In this document: piece by piece, positions 11,413 through 22,225 of the stretch
Position numbering within the stretch: position 1 is the first letter of the stretch
Layout of the letters: the number at the start of each line of letters is the position of its first letter
NCBI GenBank assembly: GCA_977862235.1
Contig: OZ374557.1
Coordinates: 992,001 to 1,056,000, forward strand
Source of the DNA: Dudresnaya verticillata
Taxonomy: Eukaryota
Direction of reading: 5' to 3'
DNA length: 64,000 nucleotides
Position numbers and translations under genes: made by a program
The notes under the pieces: model-generated
The model's input: only the letters and a program-made list of their open reading frames with translations
What the model was told of the DNA's origin: nothing
Databases searched by the model: none

Positions 11413-13648
11413 CCGTAACGGAAAACAAGCTACTGTCGCTTGCGGTAATCGCAACTCCCCGCGATGTGGCGACCCGGTTACGGGAACTGCGTCTTGTCGA
11501 CGCCTGCTACCGTTACGGGATTTCGTTGTTGCTCAAACTGGGGCATACCGCTCCGTCACGGATTTTGCCAGCGTGGGTCGCGTACCCTGCTGCTGACGTG
11601 ACCCATTTCCCGAAACGGTACTCTCGTTTTTCCGCAATATCGCAGCAGGCGTACTCTGCCCAGGTTCCACCGCTTATGCGGCACTCTTCCTTCACGGAAA
11701 TCGCTCTGAACACCGCGTCAGCCACCGTAACGGTGTTCGTCGTCGACCTTTCCGGGAGGGGCACGCCTTTTTCTTGCCATGGGTGGCCGCCCCATCACGT
11801 TTGGGCCAAGAACGGCCCCTTCCGCGACGGTACAGGAAAATTCCTCGGTCTCATTATTCTTCTCAGAGTCCCGGGGTATATATTAATATTGATGTTAATA
11901 TTAATGTTTTCAATATATTATTATATTGAAAATAATATATTAACACCGTCGCGGGTTGGGTTCATCTCAAGAGGGAGAGGTTCGTGGTGTGTCTCATACG
12001 GGCAGGGGTGAAGGTATTCGTCTGTAACCGCTACGGATTCCTGAAACACGCCACCTGCGACGGTTTGTGGCGTACCTAGCCCCCCAACTTCTCGCCACCC
12101 AAGTCGGAACAACTTCCGTCAGGAGGTAGCGGGTGTGCAATACCGTCATCCGATCGGAGTACGCATTGTCCATTGTGGATATGGGAGCGTAATCGACTGC
12201 GCGTTCGAGCAGACAGTTGGGGAAACGTATTCCGCTACGGTGAGAGCAACACTCTCCAAGCGTTTTTGCTCCTTTACGTGTGGTAGGACCCCCATGTCGG
12301 ATTTTTGCAAATGCGGCTGTCTGTGAGGTGTCTGGATTGCAATCCCGTTACGGTGAACGAGGGGTAAGATCTGGCGTCTGCTCCGTTGACACACGGGAGA
12401 AACCCGTTGCGGATGTTTTATGAGGCAGAAGACTGGCGACCAGCCTGGGCAAGAAATCCTTGCGGATGGCTCGCGACACTCGCGTATGCATATAGTGTGG
12501 CCTGAACCGTTGTGGGATGTGTGCACGTGTACCCGTGTCGGTTTTGGGTGCATTGTTGTGTGCTGGCTTACATTGCTGTGCAGCAGTGGAGCGCATCAAC
12601 CGCGGCGGAGTATTTGTAGTGTTTATTCTTTATTTTTAGTGAGTATCTGTACAGTATGTAGAGTAGTGCGCCAGCCAATGAGAATGCTGCGCATGTCCGT
12701 TTCGGGTATTGGGACCAGCAGGGCCGATTCCACCATAGGACCAGACCACTAGGGTCTGGCCCCCGCGGACCGGACCGCTCGGTGCCACCCTGACTTGTAT
12801 ATCAGGGCGGCACCGCAGCGGCTCCTAAGGTAAACGGGTAAGCAACCTTAGCCCAATCCTTTACGGTTTTCCCCGCGCCGAGCCCATTGCGGTCTACCAC
12901 CACCACCGTTACGGAGTCCGTCCCGGCACTTGTACCACCCCCTTGTCTGTTGCTTCCCAGTATTCGTCTCGGTTAGCTGCTCGCTGTTCTCCCGTCTCGG
13001 TGCGAACTGCTCTACCACCCCGTGGAGGTAGTGTTTCTCTCGTCCGTTAAGGAAAGTCAGGCCAGCTGTCCGTCTCGGAGTTCGTGGGTTTTCACTACAC
13101 CACAAAGTTAACAAACGTGGAAAATAAGGACAGATGTTTGGCAAAATTTCCGAGTGCTTTAACGGGACCGACATTCAATATTAAAGCCAAGCCTAATGAC
13201 AGTAACAAAAAGTGTTTCCAGTGCGGTCACACTAAATTTGCCAACCAATGCTGGGACGACCATAACACATCCAAATTACACCTGGAAGAAATATTCAAGA
13301 GAGAAGGATTTAATACGGCTGTAAGCCATTTAGATCGCCAATACGACCGTTTTGTTAACATTAACTGCGACCTTTGTGGAACGCGTTACAGTAGCAAAAT
13401 ATTATTCAAAAATCACCAATACGGTGAGGAACATATTAGGTGAGGAAATCAGCTTCGTGACCTAGTTAAGGCAGCTGCTGGGAGTGGCTATATTGACAAG
13501 TGGCACATCATAGCTAAACCACCAAAAGTCTACGTTCGGGAGATTTCTAAGGTGCTCAGAAACTGCAAAAAATAAGAATTAAATTGATCTTTGTGGGATT
13601 GAAAAAATAAAATAAAATATATAAATAAAATATATTACAATTAGGAAA

Positions 13649-14514
13649 ATGGACGCCACACAGCAGGTCCAAAATTTACAGAATCAAGTACCCGCCTTAC
13701 AGCAACAGCTCGGACAGGCAAACCAGACCTTGCAAGAAGCAACACAGACATATCAAAATGTGACGCAATCAAACATCGGCAATAACCTAAGAACGGGTAA
13801 ACCTGATAAGTTCAGCGGTAAATTTGCTCGGAGTTGGGTTAAAGCCTTGAAAATATTTTCAATAGCCAGAACAATCCTGTACCTGAAGATAAAAAGGTTA
13901 AGTATGCCGTAAGCTATATGACTGGTGCTGGAATACAATGGTGGGAGTTAATAAGTTTAAACAACATTGATATACCAACATTTGAGATATTTAAGATTAA
14001 ATTGTTGGAACACTTTGAACCTGTAAACAGAGAGTTGAATGCACGTAAGATGCTAAATGAATTAAAACAAATGGGAAGCTTCAACACAGTTAGAAAATAC
14101 AACCAAGAATTCTCTACGTGGTTGTTACAGATACCGAGCATGGCTCCAGCAGAACAGATATTTCACTACAGTCAGGGCCTGAAACACAGGACCAGGGTGG
14201 AAGTGGAAAGGGCTTACCCCAATACCCTACAATAAGCTATGCAAATAGCGGATAGACTAGACAGTCTATATACTCCACGATTTGGGGGCAATGGTTTCCG
14301 CAATGGAAACGGAAATGGAAACTCATCAGATGGGCCAGTACCTATGCAGATTGGAATAATTCCCTAGAGACGAGGAAATCGCCTATCACCAGCAGAAAGG
14401 AAACGCTATATGGATGAAAATCTTTGTTTCATATGTGCACAAAAAGGGTGTTATGCAAGAAAACATTACAAAACTGGGGCCAGCCAAGCCGTAAAACAGG
14501 AAGAGAAAAACTAA
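13649..14514 (+). pseudogene. gag: B gag (frameshift and stops)
   Basis: KPDKFSG, YMTGAGIQWW, LKQMGS..YNQEF, GPVPMQIG, and a degenerate knuckle LCFICAQKGCYAR. Confidence 0.85.
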
Positions 14515-17500
14515 TTGCTCCGTTGAGTCACTTCGGCACGGCGACGGAGAAACAAACAATAGCCGAGGGTCAAGAAAAAGATACAAAAAATACAAAAACA
14601 TTGCAAAAACAAGAAAAAGAACAAAACGAGAGAGTAGTAGGTAGTATAAAAGTATGTGCATTTTCACCATACAAAAAGAGAAGGAAGTCCAGGCGACAAG
14701 CATTGTTGGTATACAATGGGACAGTACGAAGCGGTACCAGTAAATTCCATTGCAAGACGCTGGTAGACTCTGGTTGTGAAGAAATAGTAATGTCAAAGAA
14801 ATACGCAGACGCGTTGGAACTGCAGAGAGAAAAGACTGATCTCAACGTAGAATTATGGGACCAGACACTTGTTCCGATGGAAAGGGGTGTGGAGGATCTG
14901 GAATTGCGGATTGGAGAGGCCGTTATAATGGTCAGACCATATATAGTTGATTGGATCGCTTACGACTTAATCCTAGGCAAGACGTGGCTTTCTGAAGCTA
15001 ATGCAATAATCAACTGGAAGTTGAACCCATGCTCCTTAAGCAAGGGGACAGATTAATAGCTCTGGACGCAGAGGCTTGTAATCATGGGGCATCCCTCCCG
15101 ACATATGTGCTTACAAGTAAACAATTTAAGAGATTAGTGAGAAGAGAAAAAAGTGTGATATATCACATATTGGTAAAGAACGCCAAAGAATAAGAAAAAG
15201 AAGCAGGTAATAGTCCTGGGAACCAAACAGGTAACAGCCCTGGAAGTGAAGCAGGTAATAGTCCTGAAAGTTCATCAGGTAATAGCCCTGAAGAAGATGA
15301 ATATAAAACAAAACTAAATAAAATATTGGCGGAGTACAAAGATGTATTCCCAGTCCAACTACCAAAGGGTCTACCCCCGGAGAGGGTAGTGGAGATGAAA
15401 ATAAACTTGGAAGAGGGTGTGAGACCCAAAATGGGACCACTCTACAAGTTATCAAAAACAGAACTTGAAGAGATGAAAAAACAATTAGAGGAAGCCCTCA
15501 CGCAAGGGTTCATCCGACCAAGCATCAGTCCTTGGGGCAGTCCAGTACTGTTCACTCCTAAAAAGGATGGAGGACTGAGAATGTGTATTGACTATAGGGC
15601 ACTGAACAAACAAACTATTAAAAACCAGGTTCCATTACCGAGAATTGATGAGGTGTGGGATCAGATTGGGGGAGCGCAATACTTCTCTACAGTGGATCTA
15701 AGATCAGGATATCACCAAATTCGAGTACATGAGAATGATATTGAAAAAGCTGCATTCCGCACAAGATACGGACAGTTTGAATATCTTGTAACACCATTTG
15801 GGTTAACTGGAGCATCAGGGTGTTTCCAGACTTTAATGAACATTATTTTCCAACCCTATTTGGACAAATTCGTACTAGTGTACTTGGACGATATACTTAT
15901 CTACAGTAAGACAAAAGAAGAACACCTAGAACATATCAAAGTAGTGTTGAAATTACTTAGAGAAAATAAGCTTTATGGGAAACTATCAAAGTGTGAGTTC
16001 CTAAAACAGAATCTAGAATATTTAGGCCACATAATAAGTGATCGAGGAATACAAGTTGACCAAAGAAAAATCAAAGCAGTACAGAAATGGGAAGTTCCCG
16101 AAACCGTAACACAAGTCCAGAGTTTTCTAGGACTTTTCAATTATTACAGGAGGTTCGTGAAGAATTTGCTACTATCGCAACTCCTTTAACGGAGCTGACG
16201 AAAAATAAAAATGCCTTTGTGTGGGGTGAAAAAGAACAAATTGCCTTTGAACCGTTAAAAGAAGCTTTAACGAAAACACCTGTGTTACGTTGTGCAGACC
16301 CAGGTTTACCCTACGATATAACAGCTGACGCTTCTGGGACAGGAATAGGAGCTGTATTATCACAAAAAGATGAACTGGGAATCCGACCAGTGGCTTATGC
16401 ATCAAGGAAATTGAATCCTGCAGAGCAAGGTTACAGTACCCATGAGCGAGAGCTATTAGCTATTGTGTATGCATTACAGACGTGGAGATCTTATCTACAT
16501 GGAGCTAAGTTCAAAATACATACAGATCACCATCCACGGAAGTACTTGGATACACAAAAGACCCTATCACGTAAACAAGCGAGGTGGGTTGAGTTTATGC
16601 AAGAGTTTGATTACGAAGTACACTATATCAAGGGAAAAGAAAACAAAGTCGCAGACGCTCTCTCTAGGAAGTACAAGGAAGTGTATAAGACATCCACCTC
16701 CTTCATATCAAAATTAATGACGATAACTACCGTATCCGTCTCAGAGCGGGTGCTTAAACGATTAGAAAAGGAGTATCTCGAAGACGAGAAATTTAAAGAA
16801 CATTACAATAAGCCATCAGAACCGTATAAGCGGAAGGACAAGAGACTTTATTTCGAAAATAGATTATGCCTACCAGAAGGCGAGACAAGAAAAACAGTGC
16901 TACATGATAACCATGAGTCCTTAATTGGAGCACACCGAGGTTACAAACGGACGCTTCATAATATATCGAGCCATTACTTCTGGCCAAACATGAAAAAGGA
17001 AGTTTACAACTATGTAAAGAGTTGCCAGAGGTGCCAAGAATCGAAAAGCAGAAACCAAAAGGCGCCAGGAACTAGTCGACCATTCCCTCCGCCAACACGT
17101 AAGTGGGAGGAAATATCCATTGACTTCATTTTTGACCTACCTAAGACGAAACGGAACAAAAACGCCATCATGGTTGTGGTGGACAAATTATCGAAACGAG
17201 CGCACTTTATCGCTCTAGAACCCAACTTTAACGGATTCAACGCTGCGCAGGTATTTTACGAGGAAGTATACAAACATCATGGAATACCGAAAAAATTATA
17301 TCAGATAGAGATACCCGCTTTACGGGGACATTTTGGCAAGAGCTGATGAAATTGCTGCAAGTTAAGCTGAATCTTTCAACCGCATTTCATCCACAGACAG
17401 ATGGCCAATCCGAGCGAGCGTTTAGGACGCTTGAAGAAATGTTGAGATGCTTCATCTCTAGTACACAGAAAGATTGGGACAAATACCTACCCGGAGTTGA

Positions 17501-18164
17501 ATTTGCATACAACAACTATACAAACGAGACAACCAAAAACAAGCCTTTCTATTTGGAATACGGACAACATCCATTAACAGTTTCCGATATACTACATACG
17601 GAACACTCAGTTAATGACCAATCCCAAACCTTCTTGGAGGACATGAAGAAGGCAAACGAGATCGCCCAACAAGCAATTAGAGATACAAACTTGCATACAC
17701 AGGACACAGAAAATGGAAACGAAAAACAATACGAAGTCGGAGACCACGTGATGTTATCAACTAAGAACCTACCCAAACCACTCGGTAAAACCAAGACATT
17801 CCTTCCGAAGTTCATTGGTCCATTCACCATCGTTAACAAAGTAGCTGACGGCAGAGCCTATCGACTAGAACTGCCATCCGAATATAAGGAGCTACATCCT
17901 ACATTTCATATTTCGTTACTCAAGCCTTATATGGACGACCAACATTAGAGAAATGTTCCAAAAAAGCTTCATTTAGGAAGATCACCTACAGGAAGACGCA
18001 TTGAGAAGATCGTCGCACACCGCCTACATGAAGGTCAAGTCGAGTTTCTAGTGCATTTTAGCAACACTGATGCCATTGAAAACACATGGTTACCTGAAAA
18101 CGAAGTCGCACAGCTTCCAGCGCTTATCCATAACTACTTCAACAAGTTATTCGAGGACGAGTAA
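14505..18164 (+). pseudogene. pol: B pol: protease, RT, RNase H, integrase with GPF motif, chromodomain
   Basis: LVDSGC; RMCIDYR, GYHQIR, YLDD; ADASG, ERELLA; HRG..CQRC, IDFIF, QSER; PKFIGPF; IEKIVAHR..FLVHF..NTWLP. Several frameshifts and stops. Confidence 0.95.
15200..15295 (+). repeat. Four 24-bp tandem repeats in the B protease-RT spacer
   Basis: Core CAGGTAAYAGYCCTG repeated four times at 24-bp spacing, encoding xxGNSPx. Confidence 0.8.
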
Positions 18165-20208
18165 GACAATTAAGAGGGGAGGAGTTGTTACAAACAGTAA
18201 CAAAACTGCACAGTGGCAAAATTACAAAGCGCCATAATAGCAGCTGACCTCAGCAATGTTTAATGAATTTTCAATCTACAAACGTGTTAGTCTTTATTGT
18301 AGTCTTTTACTTAGTCTATTGATTAAGTGCTAGTTTTAATAAGTTCCATCGAGCTTTCTCTAACTACCAAAATTCTATAAAGGAGGTCTGCTCTCGACTC
18401 TCGTAGAGAAAGGGGGCAAGCCGCAAAAGTCTGAAGCAAAAACTTCTGAGTCGGCGAGTCCAAGCAGTGTGTCAAAAGAACCGCGTGCTTCATCAACCAC
18501 CCAAGAAACCCAACAGTAAGTTTATTCATTACAGTGCTATCTGAGCCGCGACAAACACTACCTCCACGGGGTGCTAGAGCAGTTCTCACCGAGACGGGAG
18601 AACAGCTAGCGGCTAACCGAGACGGATATTGGGAAGCAACAGACAAGGGGGTGGTACAAGTGCCGGGACGGACTCAGTAACGGTGGTGGTGGTAGACCGC
18701 AATGGGCTCGGCGCGGGGAAAACCGTAAAGGATTGGGCTAAGGTTGCTTACCCGTTTACCTTAGGAGCCGCTGCGGTGCCGTCCTGATATACAAGTCAGG
18801 GTGGTACCGAGCGGTCCGGTCCGTGGGGGCCAGACCCTAGTGGTCTGGTCCTATGGTGGAATCGGCCCTGCTGGTCCCAATCTCCGACACGGACATGCGC
18901 AGCATTCTCATTGGCTGGCGCACTACTCTACATACTGTACATATACTCACTAAAAATAAAGAATAAACACTACAAATACTCCACTTCGGTTGGTGCGCTC
19001 CACTGCTGCACAGCAATGTACGCCAGCACACAACAATGCACCCAAAACCGACACGGGTACACGTGCACACATCCCACAACGGTTCAGGCCACACTATATG
19101 CATTTCCATCGTTTCGGATGCCGAATCTCACTTCACCACAGACCCCTCCTTAAATGGCGCCACGTCCTCGTGCGCCCACCTTCAAGGGGTTGCGGCTTGG
19201 GTCCGACGCACCGTCATCGGATTCGAGCAGCTTTTCCAGGTCCTTCGTCAACTGGTCTACTGCCGCCACGGTTTGCTTCGATGCGTTGGGAAACCCCACG
19301 CACCTCCAATACCAGGACTTCCGTCACGGAGAATAACCAAAACGCGCTTGACGCGAGTGTCGCGAGCCATCCGCAAGGATTTCTTGCCCAGGCTGGTCGC
19401 CAGTCTTCTGCCTCATAAAACATCCGCAACGGGTTCCTCCAGTGTGTCAGCGGAGCAGACGCCAGATCTTACCCCTCTTTCACCGTAACGGGAGTGCAAT
19501 CCAGACACCTCACAGACAGCCGCATTTGCAAAAATCCGACATGGGGGTCCTACCACACATAACGGAGCAAACCCTCTGTAATACAGTGAAGGGCTTACAG
19601 AAATGGGCCCTCTGCACCCCTGTATGCGGGGAAATAGCGTTACCTATAGGGCGCCAGCAGGGACAAGATGGGTAGTCTATGATTGGTCCAAGTGTCACCC
19701 TGCAGGTCAGTAGCTTAGTATCTGCCTATTTATTTTAGAAATTAAGCTTAGGATAGGGGCGTGTATATAGCCCAGTATGAGGGGTGCTGCCTGACAGTCG
19801 GAGTACCATATAAGGGTATCTCCCGTAGCGGTCACTGAACAGTAAAGGTAAGCACCTTCCGGCCCCAACTACGTCTCCAAGCTATCGGCTCCGCAGCACA
19901 CTTGTCACTCGTGCCCGGTTAACCACCCGCCCAGTGAACTACCTTCAGTATCGTGCTTCCAATCAGGTTACGTGCCCTCGTCTACCCTCTGGGTTCCTCC
20001 CGCTCTACCACCGCTACCAGGTACCCGCTCTGTGGCTTTCTCATTGAGTGCACTCTTTGAGTTCACAAGAGACCTAAAAGGCACTTCCTTACATCTGGTC
20101 TCCCGACCTAGAACTTCAAGATTGGTGAGCCGTTAAGAGGACGACGAATATCGTAACCCAATTGGATACTGAAGAAAATCAACCCACCAAGGCCCCTGTT
20201 ACTCCAAG

Positions 20209-22225
20209 ATGTCAACTCACTCTCAAAGTAGTTCCCGTCGTGGTCAGAAGGCGGAGCAGACCCCATTGGTCCCCCCAGTTGAGGACCCGGAGTCTTTGCT
20301 CCACCCTCCGAGAACTCCTGGAGTAGAAAAAGAGGAACCGCCTGGTCAAGCATCCACCAATCCCGTAACAGGTAAACCCTTAGCAGGTCCTTCCAAAGAA
20401 GTCGCAAGGCAGCCTCCGCTACATTCCAACCGTAACCATTGGGTCAATACTGATCTGATGCCCCGTCTGATCAACTGGCTACATGATGAGTTGACCCTTC
20501 GGTTACCTCAAACGGTTGAACCACTAGTGGGACACTTTCTAGAAGAACAAGGTCCAAGGACACTCTCGGAGTTTGCCGCCACGGCTACTGACAAGGTAGT
20601 CCAGTCATGGACCACCCAGCCGGACAGTAGCCCAATCTATGGGATGCTTACCAAAATGGTTCCCCCGTTGGTCTCTCAGTCTCTCGAGGCCTATGGGCAA
20701 GCAGCGGACCCTTCAACTGGACCAAAGTCTATACCCACAGGGGAAACCAAAGTGGAAAAGAAGGAGGATGATGTCGTCCCTCCTGGCATCGTTCTACGAA
20801 CCGAAACTGGTGATACAAACAAGAAACCCGAAGGGGGTTTTTCGGACTCCGAAGGTAGTAAGAGTAACCGACATGGATCGAAGTCCAAGAATTCTAAAAA
20901 GAAGAAGAAGGACAAACACAAGAAAAATAAGAAGAAACATTACTCATCTGAGTCTGACGCATCGTCAGTTACCTCAGATGGTTCAAGTTCGGATGATTCA
21001 TCCGATGCTGACCGACGGCGTCGCCGCCGGTCGTCTAAGTCCACAAGGGTGAGGGGGATTAAACCCCTCAACGACCTATTTACCAGAGTGGTTAGCTTTC
21101 AAAGTTACCGATTAGACAACCGCTCAAGGCTTTACTCTTCGAGAATCTCTCGGAAAGTAGATACCTACTATAAGAGGATGGCTATTCAGATGCCACCCTC
21201 TCGGTTTCGGTGTAGACCCGATTAACATCTTGGGTTTCCTTGCAAGGTTCAAGGATGCCTGTAATCACAATGATGTCCATGAAGGAGCTGCCGTTTGGTT
21301 ACTACAATACTTTATGACAGGCACCGCAAGGGACAACCTTCAGGCGAGGTTACAGACAAGAACCAGTATGGTCGTGGACTCCGAAGATGAGGGAGATTTG
21401 TTGACAACGTACCCCGAAGTGGTTAATTACCTTTTGGAAACTTATGCCACCGATGAGGTTATTGCGCTAGCCTATGCTGACGTAATCTCGTTGCGACAAG
21501 CAGAAGGAAAACGGAACGGGACTTCGCAGAGTTTTGTAAGAGCCAGAGCTCGCCGTTGCGGGTCGGTGTTTACAGAACACCGCCTCAAGGCGATCTTCGT
21601 TGATGGGCTCCTCCCGAGTATCCGTGCACCGGTTCGTAACCGGTTGGCTTCTTCAAAGAGTTTTTCCTATACGCAGATCACACAATATGCACAAGACCTT
21701 GGGGAAGCTCATAGGAGTACACGTGGGACGACAAACCTAAAAGGTAAAAGGGGAGTAATTCCCGTCGCCGCGGTTAGCTTCGAGAAACCACCGTCTCACT
21801 CCGCGAGGACGTCGACAGCTACCTCCAAGGGTTTACCGGGCATGGAAGACACTCATGAAGAGGAGATTTTCCAACTCGGTGAAGATTTATTCAACCAGTC
21901 TATGACACCCCCGTCTTCAATATCCACAGTGGGATCCCGAGATGGTGCACCGATACGGGCATGTTGGATCTGTGCTAACCCAGGCCATATGGAACATGAA
22001 TGTCCATTGGTAACCCCCGCGGTGCGCGCTGGCATAATTGCTTCCAGAAGGCAAAACCTCTATGGTTTAGCTAGAGCCCGAGCCATGCCAGGTAATCGAC
22101 AAGGTAACCCCGGGGCCTCCTCCTCAACAGGCCATCCGGGGCCCATCCAGGCTAAACGCACGGGATCACCCTCAGTGGAGCCCTCAAAGGCCGCTCAAGG
22201 AGTTTCCATTGCGGAAAACGTGTAG
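20209..22225 (+). pseudogene. gag: C gag (one frameshift ~21210)
   Basis: Homologous to A gag (LGFLARFKDACN..EGAAVWLLQYF, YATDEVIA). CCHC knuckle CWICANPGHMEHEC. Confidence 0.88.

Larger units (their letters stand above)
3820..13104 (+). mobile_element. Element A1: chromodomain Ty3/Gypsy; TSD AAGTT
   Basis: 5' LTR 3820-4472 (TGTGGT...CCGCA), PBS 4478-4495. The 3' LTR 12486-13104 lacks its first 37 bp and the PPT (~247-bp deletion versus A2). AAGTT at 3815-3819 and 13105-13109. Confidence 0.95.
3600..13575 (+). pseudogene. Element B accessory ORF with two JAZ/matrin-type C2H2 zinc fingers (pieces 3600, 3690-3819, 13110-13443, possibly to 13575), disrupted by A1
   Basis: Removing A1 and one TSD joins ..KPGKEK|LTNVENK.. 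in frame. Fingers are CFQC-x12-HNTSKLH and CDLC-x12-HQYGEEH. 154 aa to TGA 13441; the frame stays open after that stop up to TAA 13573. Confidence 0.75.
3269..18553 (+). mobile_element. Element B: full-length chromodomain Ty3/Gypsy with extra zinc-finger ORF; TSD AACAC
   Basis: LTRs are 3269-3638 and 18186-18553 (TGTTACA...GCGACA; 5' copy has TA for TG). TSD AACAC at 3264-3268 and 18554-18558. PBS at 3642, PPT AAGAGGGGAGGAG before 18186. Domain order gag-PR-RT-RH-IN-chromo. Confidence 0.93.
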
